64,000 bases of DNA from Alphaproteobacteria bacterium. GTDB lineage: Bacteria; Pseudomonadota; Alphaproteobacteria; SMXP01. Position 1 is the first letter of the stretch. Every line of letters starts with the position of its first letter. The position numbers and the translations under genes are program-made. The notes beneath the pieces were generated by a model, which saw only the letters and a program-made list of their open reading frames with translations, was not told the origin of the DNA and made no database searches. The DNA lies in the NCBI GenBank assembly GCA_965214255.1, contig OZ243948.1, positions 1,974,803 through 2,038,802 of the forward strand, given 5' to 3'. Shown here in pieces: positions 46,358 to 59,168 of the stretch.

Positions 46358-46792
46358 GTGTGGTCTTACGTCTTTGTAGGGATTTTGTTCGCGGCCTTCA
46401 CCGTGTGGTTCGTCGCGTCGTGGTGGCGCGACGGACGCGAGGTCGAAGCCGAGGCGCGCGCGGTCTTCGAAGATATACGGCAACGAAAACACCACCCCTT
46501 GAGCGGACTGAACGAGCGGGAATTCATCGCGCTTTATTCGCGCGCCAACCGCTCGGGGAGTCCCGTCTATATCGTCGTGTTTCTGGCCTTTGCCGCCGCC
46601 GGCTCCGTCCTGGCCCTGGCCCTCATGTCCCTGGTGAGACAGTACCTGTATCTCGGCCCTTGGGTTTGGGGCTTTCAGACGTTCTTCGCGCTGATTTTAT
46701 CCTGGGTGGCGGCGTTCGCCGCGACCCTTAAATTATATCACGCGCGCAAGCCCGGACCGCGGGAAGAGGCGTTTCGACGGTCCAGGTTCTAG
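46358..46792 (+). CDS. Hypothetical small membrane protein
   Basis: 144 aa from the GTG at 46358, preceded by ggaggcagga. It has three hydrophobic helices (VFVGILFAAFTVWFV, IVVFLAFAAAGSVLALALM, FFALILSWVAAFAATL). I recognise no family. Confidence 0.5.
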   Translation: MWSYVFVGILFAAFTVWFVASWWRDGREVEAEARAVFEDIRQRKHHPLSGLNEREFIALYSRANRSGSPVYIVVFLAFAAAGSVLALALMSLVRQYLYLGPWVWGFQTFFALILSWVAAFAATLKLYHARKPGPREEAFRRSRF

Positions 46793-46800
46793 CGCGGGCT

Positions 46801-47607
46801 TCATAATCCCAATACGTCGATCATCGAATAAAGGCCGGCGGGGCGGCCCTGCCCCCACAGCGCGGCCTTGAGCGCGCCGCGCGCGAACACGGAGCGGTCT
46901 TCGGCGATATGGCCGAGTTCGATGCGTTCGTAATCGGCGGCGAAGATGACCTTGTGCTCGCCGACGACGCTGCCGCCGCGCAAAGCCGCGAACCCGATGC
47001 CGCCGGGCGGGCGTTCGCCGGTATGGCCGTCACGGCCGCGAACGGCGACGCCGTCGAGGTCGACGCCGCGCCCGTCCGCCGCCGCTTCGCCCAACATGAC
47101 CGCCGTTCCCGACGGCGCGTCGACTTTATGCCGGTGATGCATGTCCAGGATTTCGATATCGAAGTCCGCGTCCAGGGCTTGGGCCGCTTTTCGAGTGAGT
47201 TGAGCGAGCAGAGTCACGCCCAGGCTCATATTGCCCGCCTTGATGATCGTGGCGGCGGCGCTGGCGTCGCGGACGGCCCGCTCGTCGCGCTCGTCGAGCC
47301 CCGTCGTTCCTATGACGTGAACGAGTTCGCGCGCCGCCGCGATCTCCGCATGCCGGACGGTCGCGGACGGCGTGGTGAAATCCAGCACCGCGTCCACATT
47401 CGCGAACGCGCGTTCCGGATCGTCCGTGACGAGCACGCCCGAGGGCCCAAACCCCGCGAGCACGCCCAGATCGTCGCCGACGGCCGGATGACCGCCGCTC
47501 TCCGTCGCGCTCGCCACCGTCACGCCCCCGGTTCGGTGCGCGCACCGGGCCAGCGTCAGACCCATGCGGCCCGCGGCGCCGGCAACAGCCAGTCTCAGGT
47601 CGGCCAT
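46801..47607 (-). CDS. dapB: 4-hydroxy-tetrahydrodipicolinate reductase
   Basis: 268 aa with LAVAGAAGRMG and DMHHRHKVDAPSGTA. Confidence 0.95.
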   Translation of the reverse strand: MADLRLAVAGAAGRMGLTLARCAHRTGGVTVASATESGGHPAVGDDLGVLAGFGPSGVLVTDDPERAFANVDAVLDFTTPSATVRHAEIAAARELVHVIGTTGLDERDERAVRDASAAATIIKAGNMSLGVTLLAQLTRKAAQALDADFDIEILDMHHRHKVDAPSGTAVMLGEAAADGRGVDLDGVAVRGRDGHTGERPPGGIGFAALRGGSVVGEHKVIFAADYERIELGHIAEDRSVFARGALKAALWGQGRPAGLYSMIDVLGL

Positions 47608-47676
47608 CCCGCATTGTCTCCCGAAGTTCGGATCGGATATATCAGGCCCTGGGGCCGCGGTAAATCTTCGTCGGGT

Positions 47677-48804
47677 TCAGTCTTTGATCTCGCCCCAAAA
47701 CTCTTTGACTTTGGTAAAGAAACCGGACGACACGGGCGTGTTTTTCGCGGTGCTGGCCTGTTCGAATTCCTTGAGCAGATTTTTTTGTCGGGACGTCAGT
47801 TTTACCGGCGTCTCCACGGTGACCTGGATATAGAGGTCGCCTTTGCCTTGACCGCGAAGGCCGGGCATGCCCTTGCCGCGCAAGCGGATTTGCTGGCCGG
47901 ATTGGGTGCCCGGCGAAACGGTCACCAGCCCGCGGCGTCCGTCCAGCGTGGGGACTTCGATTTGGCTGCCCAGGGCGGCCTTGGTCACGGAAACGGGGAC
48001 TTGGCAAAACAGGTCCATGCCGTCGCGCCGGAATAATTTGTGAGGCGCGACCGACACGAAAATGTAGAGGTCACCCGCCGGGCCGCCGCGCATTCCCGCT
48101 TCGCCTTCGCCGGAAAGCCTGATCCGCGTTCCCTCTTCGACGCCTTGCGGGATGTTGACCGACAGGGTCCGTTCCTTGTTGACGCGGCCCGTGCCGGCGC
48201 ATGAACGGCACGGGTCCTGAATGGTGCGGCCCTGGCCGTGGCATGAGGGGCATGAGCGTTCTACGGTGAAAAACCCCTGTTGCGAGCGGACCCGGCCGCG
48301 CCCCTGACAAGTCGAGCAGGAGACGGGCTCGGCCCCTTCTTTGGAGCCGGACCCCGAACATGCGTCGCATGCGACCGACGCCGGTACGCGTATTTCGGTC
48401 GTCTTGCCGTTGAAGGCGTCGTCCAGCGATATCTCCATGTTGAATCTGAGATCGTTGCCGCGGTTGCGCTCGCTTGTCCCGCGCGGGCCGCCCATGAAGT
48501 CGCCGAACAGGTCGCCGAAAACATTCGTGAAGGAGGACCCGAAGCCTTCGTCGAAGCCGCCCGCCCGGCCCTGGCCGCCTTCGAACGCCGCGTGGCCGAA
48601 TTGGTCATAGGCCGCCCGTTTCTGGTCATCCTTGAGGATATCGTAAGCTTCGTTGATCTCCTTGAACTTCCGCTCGGCCTCCTTGTCGCCGGGGTTGCGG
48701 TCCGGATGATAGAGCATGGCAAGTTTGCGGAAAGCCGCCTTCAACTCGTCCGGCGACGCGTTCCGGTCGACGCCCAGGACCTCGTAATAACCACGCTTTG
48801 CCAT
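47677..48804 (-). CDS. dnaJ: Chaperone DnaJ
   Basis: 375 aa with the J domain YHPDRNPGD, a G/F region and four CxxCxGxG motifs. Confidence 0.95.
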   Translation of the reverse strand: MAKRGYYEVLGVDRNASPDELKAAFRKLAMLYHPDRNPGDKEAERKFKEINEAYDILKDDQKRAAYDQFGHAAFEGGQGRAGGFDEGFGSSFTNVFGDLFGDFMGGPRGTSERNRGNDLRFNMEISLDDAFNGKTTEIRVPASVACDACSGSGSKEGAEPVSCSTCQGRGRVRSQQGFFTVERSCPSCHGQGRTIQDPCRSCAGTGRVNKERTLSVNIPQGVEEGTRIRLSGEGEAGMRGGPAGDLYIFVSVAPHKLFRRDGMDLFCQVPVSVTKAALGSQIEVPTLDGRRGLVTVSPGTQSGQQIRLRGKGMPGLRGQGKGDLYIQVTVETPVKLTSRQKNLLKEFEQASTAKNTPVSSGFFTKVKEFWGEIKD

Positions 48805-48824
48805 ATTATCGTCCGACGGTCGTC

Positions 48825-48850
48825 AGCCTGCGGATTGACACGCGCAGGCT
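48825..48850 (-). other. Stem-loop in the dnaK-dnaJ intergenic spacer
   Basis: AGCCTGCG (48825-48832) pairs with CGCAGGCT (48843-48850) around a 10-nt loop. There is no U-tract, so it is not a canonical terminator. Confidence 0.3.
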
Positions 48851-48853
48851 CGG

Positions 48854-50767
<1,914 letters not shown>

Positions 50768-50871
50768 CTCGATCTCTCTTCTTTTCGGCGGCGCTCGCCG
50801 GTCGTATCGTCCACCGGACCGAACCCCAGTTAACGTCGAAATTTAATCAGGAAGTCGTGCTTCCTGAGAGG

Positions 50872-50900
50872 ATATAGGTTGAGGCGGCGATTCGCGCAAC
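50872..50900 (-). promoter_or_regulatory. Candidate sigma32 (RpoH) heat-shock promoter of dnaKJ
   Basis: The minus strand reads gTTG-N18-CCTATAT (the complement of 50872-50900). This fits the alphaproteobacterial heat-shock consensus CTTG-N17/18-CYTATNT. It is followed by the hairpin CAGGAAG-5nt-CTTCCTG at 50848-50866. Confidence 0.4.
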
Positions 50901-51002
50901 CGGCAACGGCAAAGTTTATGCCCGTCCCGGGCCGGGCCGCGACCGTTTCAACCGCATGTTCAGGGTTGCAGTGAGCGGGCCTTGGGCGGATAGTCTGCGG
51001 CC

Positions 51003-51977
51003 ATGAGCGACCCCAAACCGGATGCCGCGCCCTCTTGTTGGGTCCTGACGGAGGGCTTGGCCGGCATGGAAGCGCAGGCCCGGGGCTTGGCCGAGGCGAT
51101 GGGCCTTGAGCCGCGCGTCCTGCGTGTCGAGTTGACGCGCCCCTGGCGCTGGCTGCCGCCGCTGCTGGTTCCCGACCCGCTGCGATTCGTGGCCGCGGAG
51201 GGCCGTCCCGCAGGGCCGCCGTGGCCCGACATGCTCATATCCTGCGGGCGGAAATCGGTTGCCCCGGCGATGACGATGAGACGTTTGGCGGGCGCGGCGA
51301 CGTTTGCCGTTCATATTCAGAACCCGGGCGTCGATCCGGCCAGGTTCGATCTGGTCGTCGCGCCGTCGCACGACAATCTCGAGGGCCTCAATGTCATCCC
51401 GACTCTGGGGTCGCTCGGCCGCGTGACACCGGAGCGGCTGGCCGCGGCCGGCCCGCGGTTTCTAAGCCGTTTCGAACACCTTCCGCAGCCCCGCGTCGCG
51501 GTTCTTGTCGGCGGCGACAGCCGTGCCTTCGAACTCACCGAAGACATCGCCCGCCGTTTGGTCCGCGACCTGGTTTCGCTTACCCGGCGGCACGGGGCGG
51601 GTCTGATGGTGACCGGGTCGCGCCGCACCGGCCCGGGCATCATGGAGCTTGTGCGAGAGGGCTTGAGACATGTCCCGGCGGAGGTCTGGAACGGCGAGGG
51701 CGACAATCCCTATTTTGGGATGTTGGCGCTTTCCGACCATGTGATCGTGACCGGCGAATCGGTGAACCTGGTATCGGAGGCCGCCGCCACCGGCCGTCCG
51801 GTGCATGTGGTGCCCCTGAAAGGAGGGTCCGCGCGCTTCGACCGGTTTCATCGCGCCATGGAGCGCGCGGGCATTACACGACCCTTCGACGGGCGTCTCG
51901 ACCGCTGGAGCTACCAACCCCTTCAAGAAACCCGCCGCGTGGCCGAAGAGATAAGCCGCCGCCGGCTGTCGGGCTAG
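51003..51977 (+). CDS. ELM1/DUF1022-family protein (annotated in databases as mitochondrial fission ELM1-like)
   Basis: 324 aa. The family assignment comes from my recollection of the conserved layout (WVLTEGLAGMEAQ...VAVLVGG...VTGESVNLVSEA) and was not searched. Confidence 0.65.
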   Translation: MSDPKPDAAPSCWVLTEGLAGMEAQARGLAEAMGLEPRVLRVELTRPWRWLPPLLVPDPLRFVAAEGRPAGPPWPDMLISCGRKSVAPAMTMRRLAGAATFAVHIQNPGVDPARFDLVVAPSHDNLEGLNVIPTLGSLGRVTPERLAAAGPRFLSRFEHLPQPRVAVLVGGDSRAFELTEDIARRLVRDLVSLTRRHGAGLMVTGSRRTGPGIMELVREGLRHVPAEVWNGEGDNPYFGMLALSDHVIVTGESVNLVSEAAATGRPVHVVPLKGGSARFDRFHRAMERAGITRPFDGRLDRWSYQPLQETRRVAEEISRRRLSG

Positions 51978-52690
51978 GCCGTCGAGTCCGTCGTCTCCCC
52001 GTCCGGGTCCGGCGTCGATGCGGGCGACTCACCCGTCGACGAGGCCGCGTCGGACGGCGCCTCCGCCTCGTGTTTGGCGACGATCACCTCGGCCGCGCGC
52101 AGCAGCCGCTCGTTCAAGGCATATCCAACCCGTATGACCTGTGCGACCGAGCCTTTGGGCAGGTCGCGCCGCGGCATTTCCGCCATGGCCTGATGAAGGT
52201 TGTGATCGAACTTTTCTCCGGAGGCGGGTTCGATCTTGACGATGCCGTTTTTCTCGAACGCCGACTGAAGTTCCCGCTCGGTCATTTCGATGCCGGCGAT
52301 GAAATTGCTCCCGGCGTCTCGGAGGTCCTCCGTCACGCTTTGCAGCGCGCGCTGCAAATTGTCGGCCACGTTCATCAGGTCGCGGGCGAACCTGTCGATG
52401 CCGAATTTGACGGCATCGATTTTTTCCCGCTCGGTCCGTTTGCGCACATTTTCCGCTTCGGCGGCCACGCGAAGAAGCCTGTCTTTGAGGTCCGCGATCT
52501 CTTTCTGCAGGTCTTCGACGGCGGGCTCGCTCTTTTCGTCGGTCGGCGCGTCAGGGGGCGGCGTCGACGCTTCCTCTCCGGTTCGCTCCCGGGCCGGGTC
52601 TTGGGGCTGCGACTCGTCCTGCCCTTCCGGGTCCGGCGTTTCGGGCGCAGGCTCGCGCCCTTTCTCGTGCGGATCGTCCGGCAAACTCAT
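51974..52690 (-). CDS. grpE: Nucleotide exchange factor GrpE
   Basis: 238 aa from the ATG at 52690, preceded by GGAGGAGGT. It has the AEAENVRKRTEREK motif. Confidence 0.95.
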   Translation of the reverse strand: MSLPDDPHEKGREPAPETPDPEGQDESQPQDPARERTGEEASTPPPDAPTDEKSEPAVEDLQKEIADLKDRLLRVAAEAENVRKRTEREKIDAVKFGIDRFARDLMNVADNLQRALQSVTEDLRDAGSNFIAGIEMTERELQSAFEKNGIVKIEPASGEKFDHNLHQAMAEMPRRDLPKGSVAQVIRVGYALNERLLRAAEVIVAKHEAEAPSDAASSTGESPASTPDPDGETTDSTA

Positions 52691-52736
52691 ACCTCCTCCT
52701 TCGATCAAACTCGGGGCTCCGTTCGGCGCTTGTCTA

Positions 52737-53819
52737 TCAGGACACCACACGTCCTACAACCTTCGCCGTGTAGTCCACCAGAGGTATGACGCGCGCGTAA
52801 TTCAGCCGTGTCGGGCCGATCACGCCCAGCGCGCCCACCACTTTCCGGTCGCTGTCCATATAGGGCGAAATGATGAGCGACGACCCGGAAAGACTGAACA
52901 GCCGGTTCTCGGAACCGATGAAAACCTTGATCCCTTCGCCGGCCATGGCGAATTCCATGAGTTGGATGAGGTCGCGCTTGTTTTCCAGGTCGTCGAACAG
53001 CATGCGCACCCGTTCCAGGTCCGCGGCGGCCTCGATATCTTCGAGAAGATTGGCGCGTCCGCGAACGATGAGCGACGCCGGCTCGATGGTTTCGTCGCCG
53101 GACAAGTCCACGAGTCCGGCTTGAACGAGTTTCGCGGTCAGTTCGTCCAATTGGGCTTTTTCGTGTTCGATCTCCGCTAAAACCTCGTCCTTGACCTCGG
53201 ACAGCGTGCGGCCCCTGATGCGCGCGTTCAAGAAATTGCCGGCCTCGGTCAGGGCCGCCGGCGGCATGCCGAGCGGTACTTTCACGATGCGGTTTTCAAC
53301 GGCGCCCCCTTCGGTGACGATCACCACGAGAGCCTGACCGGGCGCGGTCGAGACGAACTCGATATGCTTGAGCGGCGCTTCGACTTTGGGCGTTACGATG
53401 AGCCCCGCGCATTGGGACAGGCCCGACAGCATGGCGGTCGCTTTGGTGAGCACGTCTTCGATGGTTCTTTCGCTCCCCGCGAGCCGCTGCTTGATGGACC
53501 GCCTCTCGGCTTCCGAGAGATCTCCGATTTCGAGAAACGCGTCGACAAAGAGCCTGAGACCCGGCTGGGTCGGCACCCGCCCCGCACTCGTGTGCGGCGA
53601 GTGCAGCAGACCCATGTGCTCCAAATCGGACATGACATTGCGGATCGTGGCCGCCGACAAGGACAGGTATGAGCGCTGCGAGACCGTGCGGGAGCCTACC
53701 GGGTCGCCGGTATCCAAATAGGTCTCGACGATTTCCCGAAAAATGGCTCGGGAACGTTGATCCAAATCGTTCAAGCTGATCTGCCCCGCGTTCGACACCG
53801 GCCCGTCACCCAAAACCAC
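52737..53819 (-). CDS. hrcA: Heat-inducible transcription repressor HrcA
   Basis: 360 aa with the N-terminal w[29 protein letters not shown]. It lies in the hrcA-grpE order. Confidence 0.95.
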   Translation of the reverse strand: MVLGDGPVSNAGQISLNDLDQRSRAIFREIVETYLDTGDPVGSRTVSQRSYLSLSAATIRNVMSDLEHMGLLHSPHTSAGRVPTQPGLRLFVDAFLEIGDLSEAERRSIKQRLAGSERTIEDVLTKATAMLSGLSQCAGLIVTPKVEAPLKHIEFVSTAPGQALVVIVTEGGAVENRIVKVPLGMPPAALTEAGNFLNARIRGRTLSEVKDEVLAEIEHEKAQLDELTAKLVQAGLVDLSGDETIEPASLIVRGRANLLEDIEAAADLERVRMLFDDLENKRDLIQLMEFAMAGEGIKVFIGSENRLFSLSGSSLIISPYMDSDRKVVGALGVIGPTRLNYARVIPLVDYTAKVVGRVVS

Positions 53820-53931
53820 GATCCTTCCGCAAGTACGGATATCAAACTATCATAAATCGCGCCTGGACGCAGACCTCTCCGCAGGCTACAGAACGGCACG
53901 TTTTCAGCCTCCATTTCTGAAGGGAAAGCTC

Positions 53932-54651
53932 ATGCGCCCCTCTGGACGACAACCCGACGATTTGCGCCCGGTTTCCTTCGAGCCGGGCTTTGCCAAACAT
54001 GCCGAAGGCTCCTGCTTTGTCAGGTTCGGCGGCAGCCACGTTCTGTGCACCGCAAGTCTGGAAGACAGGGTGCCGCCGTTTTTACGCAATACGGGCCGAG
54101 GCTGGGTCACGGCGGAATACGGCATGCTGCCGCGCGCCACCGGCAGTCGCATGCGCCGGGAGGCCGCCGCCGGGCGGCAATCGGGGCGGACGCTTGAAAT
54201 TCAAAGGTTGATCGGACGTTCACTGCGTGCGGTCATCGACGCGGAAAAGCTGGGGGAGCGTCAAATTACGGTCGATTGCGACGTCATCCAGGCCGACGGC
54301 GGCACGCGCACCGCCTCCATCACGGGCGCTTGGGTGGCCCTCAAACAATGCGCCGACCATATGACCGCAACCGGTTTGATCGAGGCGGAGGCGGTCATGG
54401 ATCAGGTCGCCGCGGTTTCCTGCGGCATTTATGACGGCGTTCCCGTCCTGGATCTCGATTATGCGGAGGATTCGTCCGCTTCGGCGGACGCCAATTTCGT
54501 CATGACCGGCGCGGGCGGGATTGTGGAAATTCAGGGCACCGCCGAGGGCGACCCTTTTAGCGAGAGCGAATTCCAATCGCTTATGGCGTTGGCGAAAGAG
54601 GGCATCGGCGCGTTGCTGCGTTTGCAAAGGGAGGCGCTCCGCTTCAAGTAG
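53932..54651 (+). CDS. rph: Ribonuclease PH
   Basis: 239 aa with [13 protein letters not shown] and [14 protein letters not shown]. Confidence 0.95.
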   Translation: MRPSGRQPDDLRPVSFEPGFAKHAEGSCFVRFGGSHVLCTASLEDRVPPFLRNTGRGWVTAEYGMLPRATGSRMRREAAAGRQSGRTLEIQRLIGRSLRAVIDAEKLGERQITVDCDVIQADGGTRTASITGAWVALKQCADHMTATGLIEAEAVMDQVAAVSCGIYDGVPVLDLDYAEDSSASADANFVMTGAGGIVEIQGTAEGDPFSESEFQSLMALAKEGIGALLRLQREALRFK

Positions 54652-54683
54652 CCGCGTCCCCTGTTTCGTACTATTGTCCGCTC

Positions 54684-55304
54684 ATGACCGCCCGCGCTTA
54701 TCGAACCTTTTCCGATGACTCGATCGTAGTGGCGAGCCACAACCCGGGCAAGGTCCGCGAAATCACGGCATTGCTGGCGCCGTTTGACGTTCGCGTGATG
54801 TCGGCGGCGGACCTGGGCCTGCCGGAACCGGAGGAAACCGGCGGCACTTTTGCCGCGAACGCGCGTTTGAAAGCCGGCTCGGCCAGTTACCATTCCGATC
54901 TTCCGTCCCTGGCCGACGATTCGGGTCTTTGCGTTTCGGGTTTGGGCAATGCGCCCGGCATATATTCGGCGCGATGGGCGGGCCCGGCGCGCGACTTTAC
55001 GGCCGCCATGCGCCGCGTTCACAAGGAATTGACGGATATGGGCGGCACCGACCGGCGCGCCCATTTCGTCTGCTGTTTGTGCCTCGCCTGGCCCGACGGC
55101 CATGTGGAAACGTTCGAGGGGCGGGTGGACGGAGATCTCGTCTGGCCGCCGAGAGGCGACGGGGGGTTCGGTTACGACCCGATGTTCGTACCGGAGGGTC
55201 AGAGCCGGACGTTCGGTGAATTGGAGTCCGCCGTGAAACAGGCCGTCTCCCATCGGACCAGGGCGTTCACACGGTTGGTCGATGCCTGTTTTGCCGACCG
55301 CTGA
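54684..55304 (+). CDS. rdgB: Non-canonical purine NTP pyrophosphatase (RdgB/HAM1)
   Basis: 206 aa with [11 protein letters not shown] and FGYDPMF. Confidence 0.95.
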   Translation: MTARAYRTFSDDSIVVASHNPGKVREITALLAPFDVRVMSAADLGLPEPEETGGTFAANARLKAGSASYHSDLPSLADDSGLCVSGLGNAPGIYSARWAGPARDFTAAMRRVHKELTDMGGTDRRAHFVCCLCLAWPDGHVETFEGRVDGDLVWPPRGDGGFGYDPMFVPEGQSRTFGELESAVKQAVSHRTRAFTRLVDACFADR

Positions 55305-56445
55305 CGAAAAACGGCCGCTTGGAATCTACCTGCATTGGCCGTTTTGCGAAGCGATTTGCCCCTATTGCGATTTCAATGTGGCTCGCGGGCGTAATGTGGA
55401 TGACCATGCGTGGACCGACGCGTTCATCGCCGAACTCACCCATATGAGATCGAAAGCGGTCAATCACGTCGTGGAAAGCATCTATTTCGGGGGCGGCACG
55501 CCGTCCCTCATGACGCCCGCGAACATTCGCAGGCTGATCGATCACATAAAGTCGTTGTGGAACGTGCGCGACGATTGCGAAATCTCGCTTGAAGCCAACC
55601 CCACCCACGGAGAAACCGGGCGCTTTGCGGCCCTGGCCGAAGCGGGCGTCACGCGGTTGTCTCTCGGTGTTCAGGCTCTGAACGACAAGGACCTCAAGCG
55701 GCTGGGGCGTTGGCACTCCAAAGACGATGCCCGGCGCGCTTTCGACAGGGCGCGTCCGCTTTTTGACGTGGTCTCGATCGATCTCATTTACGGGCGGCCC
55801 GGACAGTCGTGCGCCGATTGGTCGGTCGAGCTTGGCGAAGCATTGTCTTGGCGTCCGCTTCATCTTTCGCTCTATCAGTTGACGATCGAGCCGGGCACGG
55901 CGTTTTGGAACATGCGCGCGCGCGGCGCGCTCACGATGCCGCCGGAAGAGGGTCTTGCCGACCTTTATGACTTGACGCAGGAACTTTGCGAGAGGTCCGG
56001 ACTGTCCGCCTACGAGGTATCCAATCACGCGCTGCCCGGGCGCCAATGCCGGCATAATCTGGGCTACTGGCGGTCACAAGATTATGTCGGCGTGGGTCCG
56101 GGCGCCCATGGACGCCTCACCGTCCACAAAACGCGGTACGCGACCGAGACCGTTCGCAAGCCTCAAGATTGGCTGCGGCAGGTTGCGCGGAGCGGCCATG
56201 CCGTTCGCTGCCGGGAGGCGCTGTCGGCGAAAACCCGGGCTGCCGAGATGCTGCTTATGGGACTCAGACTCTCAAGCGGCATTTGTCTCGCGGAATATGA
56301 AAGGATTTCCGGCGCGCCGCTTGCGGAAGATCGGCTCGCGGAACTTGAAGAACAGGATTTGGCGTGTCGCGTCGACGGCCGCCTTTACACCACAAAACAG
56401 GGCCGCGCCGTTCTCGACCGTGTTGTTGAAGCGTTGGCCCCTTAG
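55282..56445 (+). CDS. hemW: Radical SAM heme chaperone HemW (HemN-like)
   Basis: 387 aa with the [10 protein letters not shown] (CxxxCxxC) motif. It follows the rph-rdgB-hemW order. Confidence 0.9.
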   Translation: MPVLPTADEKRPLGIYLHWPFCEAICPYCDFNVARGRNVDDHAWTDAFIAELTHMRSKAVNHVVESIYFGGGTPSLMTPANIRRLIDHIKSLWNVRDDCEISLEANPTHGETGRFAALAEAGVTRLSLGVQALNDKDLKRLGRWHSKDDARRAFDRARPLFDVVSIDLIYGRPGQSCADWSVELGEALSWRPLHLSLYQLTIEPGTAFWNMRARGALTMPPEEGLADLYDLTQELCERSGLSAYEVSNHALPGRQCRHNLGYWRSQDYVGVGPGAHGRLTVHKTRYATETVRKPQDWLRQVARSGHAVRCREALSAKTRAAEMLLMGLRLSSGICLAEYERISGAPLAEDRLAELEEQDLACRVDGRLYTTKQGRAVLDRVVEALAP

Positions 56446-57752
56446 GAACCGGCTTCGAAAGCCTTGGGCGCCGCACCGATCACGTCGAAACCGTCCGTCG
56501 TCACTTTGAGCACGGCCAGGCCCCTCTCCGAGCGGCCGTCGGGCAACAGGCGGAACCGTCCGTCGACCCCGACAAAGCCTTCGGGGTTGGTTATATCGGC
56601 TTGGCGGAAGCGCTCGCCCTTCGGACCTGCAGCGAGGGCGGCGGCCAGCGTCACTGCGTCATAGGCGAGGCTGGCGATACGTTGCGGCGCGCGGCCGTAG
56701 GTCCGGGCGAAGCTTTGTCTGAATGTTTCGTAGGTATTGGGCGAGGGCGCCGCGAACCAGCCGCCCTGCAGGGACGGTTCGCGGACGATTTCCGGATTGT
56801 CCCACAGCCCCGTGCCCAGAAATTTCACGATACGCGGGTGAACCTCATAATAGGCAAGCAGGGGCGCCAGGCTTTTCAAGAGGTTGCCTTCTTCCGGAAT
56901 GAGCACCGCCTGGTAGTCGGTCCCGCCCCAAACCTCGATCTTTTCCAACAGCTCAAGCTCTTTCTGCGAATCTTCGTCCTCCTTTTCGCCCAAACGCCGT
57001 CTTTCGAACTGGATGGCCGCCAGTCGGGCGTCGTAGTTCGCTATCCGTTTGACCGGCTCGAACATGCGCGAGGGTTCCCGGACGTAATGTTCAACTTGAG
57101 TAACGGTGCCGCCCGTTTTTATCACGCTGTCATTGAACGCCGTCCGCACGCGCTCCCCGTAAGGCCCTTCAGGAATCAGGGCCGCAAATCTCGATATGCC
57201 CCGTGACACGGCAAAGCGCGTCACGGTTTCAATTTCGTCTTCGGGCATGAAACTCAGTAGATAGACGCCGTCTCCCGCAACGTTTCGATCTGTCGAGAAG
57301 GCTACGACGGGTACGCCGGCCGCGCGGGCAACGGGCGCCGCCGCTTGCACCGACGGTGCGAACAACGGGCCCAGAATCAGTTCCGCGCCCTGATCGACCG
57401 CTTCCCGTGCCGCCGCCGCCGCGCCTTCAGGCGTACCGTACGTATCTTTGGGAACAAGCAGCAGAGCCTCGTTGCTCTGATCGAAAAGAGCGAGCTGGGC
57501 GGCCTCGAACAGCGATTGGGCGCGCTCACGAATGTCTTCGGATTCTGCGCCCAAAGGCAATAAAATGGCGACGCGCACCGGGTCCCGGTTTTCCATGTGG
57601 GGCGGCATGATCCCCCGGCCGGGGCCTTGAGTTCCGATGGATGTTGCGGCCGCACCCGTTATAGTCCCCGCTCCGGGCGTCTCGCGGGCGCCGCAGGCCG
57701 CCAAAAAAGACATGCCCAGGAGGCAAGCGACCTTGAATATCGAAGGCGTCAT
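56442..57752 (-). CDS. LpoA-like penicillin-binding protein activator / periplasmic-binding-protein-fold lipoprotein
   Basis: 436 aa from the ATG at 57752, with the lipobox LAAC. It has a type-I periplasmic binding fold. It lies divergent from rsmI-yraN, as in the yraL-yraM-yraN arrangement. Confidence 0.75.
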   Translation of the reverse strand: MTPSIFKVACLLGMSFLAACGARETPGAGTITGAAATSIGTQGPGRGIMPPHMENRDPVRVAILLPLGAESEDIRERAQSLFEAAQLALFDQSNEALLLVPKDTYGTPEGAAAAAREAVDQGAELILGPLFAPSVQAAAPVARAAGVPVVAFSTDRNVAGDGVYLLSFMPEDEIETVTRFAVSRGISRFAALIPEGPYGERVRTAFNDSVIKTGGTVTQVEHYVREPSRMFEPVKRIANYDARLAAIQFERRRLGEKEDEDSQKELELLEKIEVWGGTDYQAVLIPEEGNLLKSLAPLLAYYEVHPRIVKFLGTGLWDNPEIVREPSLQGGWFAAPSPNTYETFRQSFARTYGRAPQRIASLAYDAVTLAAALAAGPKGERFRQADITNPEGFVGVDGRFRLLPDGRSERGLAVLKVTTDGFDVIGAAPKAFEAGS

Positions 57753-57865
57753 AATCCGGAAGGCCCGCTCGGTCGAGCGTGTAACTGTATGATCGGTCAA
57801 CTCGCGAAACGACATCTTTGCAAACACGAAAATTCCGTCAACTTATGTCCCGACCCCCTCGACGC

Positions 57866-58747
57866 ATGAGCACCTCGGCGGATCAAAAAATATTGAGCCC
57901 CGGACTCTATGTCACCGCAACGCCGATCGGAAATCTGCGCGATATCACCTTGCGTGCGCTCGATGTGCTCGCCGCCTGTGACCTCATTCTTTGCGAAGAT
58001 ACCCGTGTAACCAAAAAACTGTTGAACGTTTACGGAATCACAAACCCCGTGCAAGCATATCATGATCACAATGCGGCAAAATTACGCCCCCGGATCCTGG
58101 CGCGTCTGGACGCGGGGCAACGGATTTGCCTGGTGAGCGATGCCGGCACGCCGCTCATCGCAGATCCGGGCTACCGGTTGGTTGGTGAATGTGCGTCGCG
58201 CGGCATCGCCGTAACGGCCGTGCCCGGCGCCTCGTCTCCCATAGCGGCCCTCAGTGTCGCCGGGCTGCCCACCGACCGCTTTCTCTTTGCCGGGTTTGTC
58301 CCTGCAAAAGCCGGCCCGCGCCGTCGGTTTCTGGGAGGTCTCGCCAAGGTGGATGCGACGCTTGCGTTGCTGGAAACCGGCCGTCGTCTGGCGCCGAGTT
58401 TGTCGGACATGTCGGACATCATGGGCGATCGGTTCGCCGTTGTCGCGCGCGAACTGACGAAGAAATTTGAAGAGGTACGGCGCGGTAATCTTGCGGCCCT
58501 GGCCGCAAGTTATGCGCAGGCCGCGCCGCCCAAAGGAGAACTGGTTGTCATGCTGGGGCCGCCGAAAGCCCCATCGCCGACGGCTGAAAGCGTTGAAGAC
58601 ATTGTCAAACGGGCGGTGTCCGCATTGCCGGACATGACCACGAAGGAGGCCGCATCGGCGATTGCCGGACAATTCAATCTGTCAAAGCGCGCGGTCTATG
58701 CAAGCCTTGTCGCGTTGAAGAAAGCAAAGTTTCGTGACGGGACTTGA
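57866..58747 (+). CDS. rsmI: 16S rRNA (cytidine1402-2'-O)-methyltransferase
   Basis: It has LYVTATPIGNLRDIT and CEDTRVT. Alternative starts are at 57818 and 57845. Confidence 0.9.
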   Translation: MSTSADQKILSPGLYVTATPIGNLRDITLRALDVLAACDLILCEDTRVTKKLLNVYGITNPVQAYHDHNAAKLRPRILARLDAGQRICLVSDAGTPLIADPGYRLVGECASRGIAVTAVPGASSPIAALSVAGLPTDRFLFAGFVPAKAGPRRRFLGGLAKVDATLALLETGRRLAPSLSDMSDIMGDRFAVVARELTKKFEEVRRGNLAALAASYAQAAPPKGELVVMLGPPKAPSPTAESVEDIVKRAVSALPDMTTKEAASAIAGQFNLSKRAVYASLVALKKAKFRDGT

Positions 58748-59108
58748 CGACGGTCCCTCACGGTCGCGCCAAAAAGCCGAGCGCTCAGGTGTGTGGGCCG
58801 AGCGGATTTGTGCCCTGTACTTGCAGGCCAAGGGATATCGCGTGCTGAAACGCCGCTACCGGACACCCGTCGGCGAAATCGATTTCATTGCTTGCAAGGG
58901 CGGTACGGTCGTTTTTGTCGAAGTGAAATTTCGCACCGGCAAGGCGGAGGTGTTGGAGGCCGTGACACCGCTCCAAATGAGGCGCATTCGCCGCGCCGCC
59001 GCGTTGTTTGCGGCGCGAAATCCCCGATGGGCGAAATCGGACCAGCGCTTCGATGTCGTGACTTTGTCGCCTTGGACGCTCCCAAAACATGTTAAGAACG
59101 CATGGTAA
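58734..59108 (+). CDS. yraN: YraN-family (UPF0102) endonuclease-like protein
   Basis: 124 aa with GEIDFIACKGGTVVFVEVK. Confidence 0.85.
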   Translation: MTGLDDGPSRSRQKAERSGVWAERICALYLQAKGYRVLKRRYRTPVGEIDFIACKGGTVVFVEVKFRTGKAEVLEAVTPLQMRRIRRAAALFAARNPRWAKSDQRFDVVTLSPWTLPKHVKNAW

Positions 59109-59168
59109 GGGACCGGAATTCATGTGATACGTTCCACTTGTCCCGGCTGTTTTTCGACGGCTTGCCTC

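Noticed and set aside
53820-53931. CIRCE operator (TTAGCACTC-N9-GAGTGCTAA) upstream of hrcA or dnaK.
   Set aside because: No match was found by eye in 53820-53931 or 50768-51002. In alphaproteobacteria CIRCE is typically at groESL, which is not in this window.
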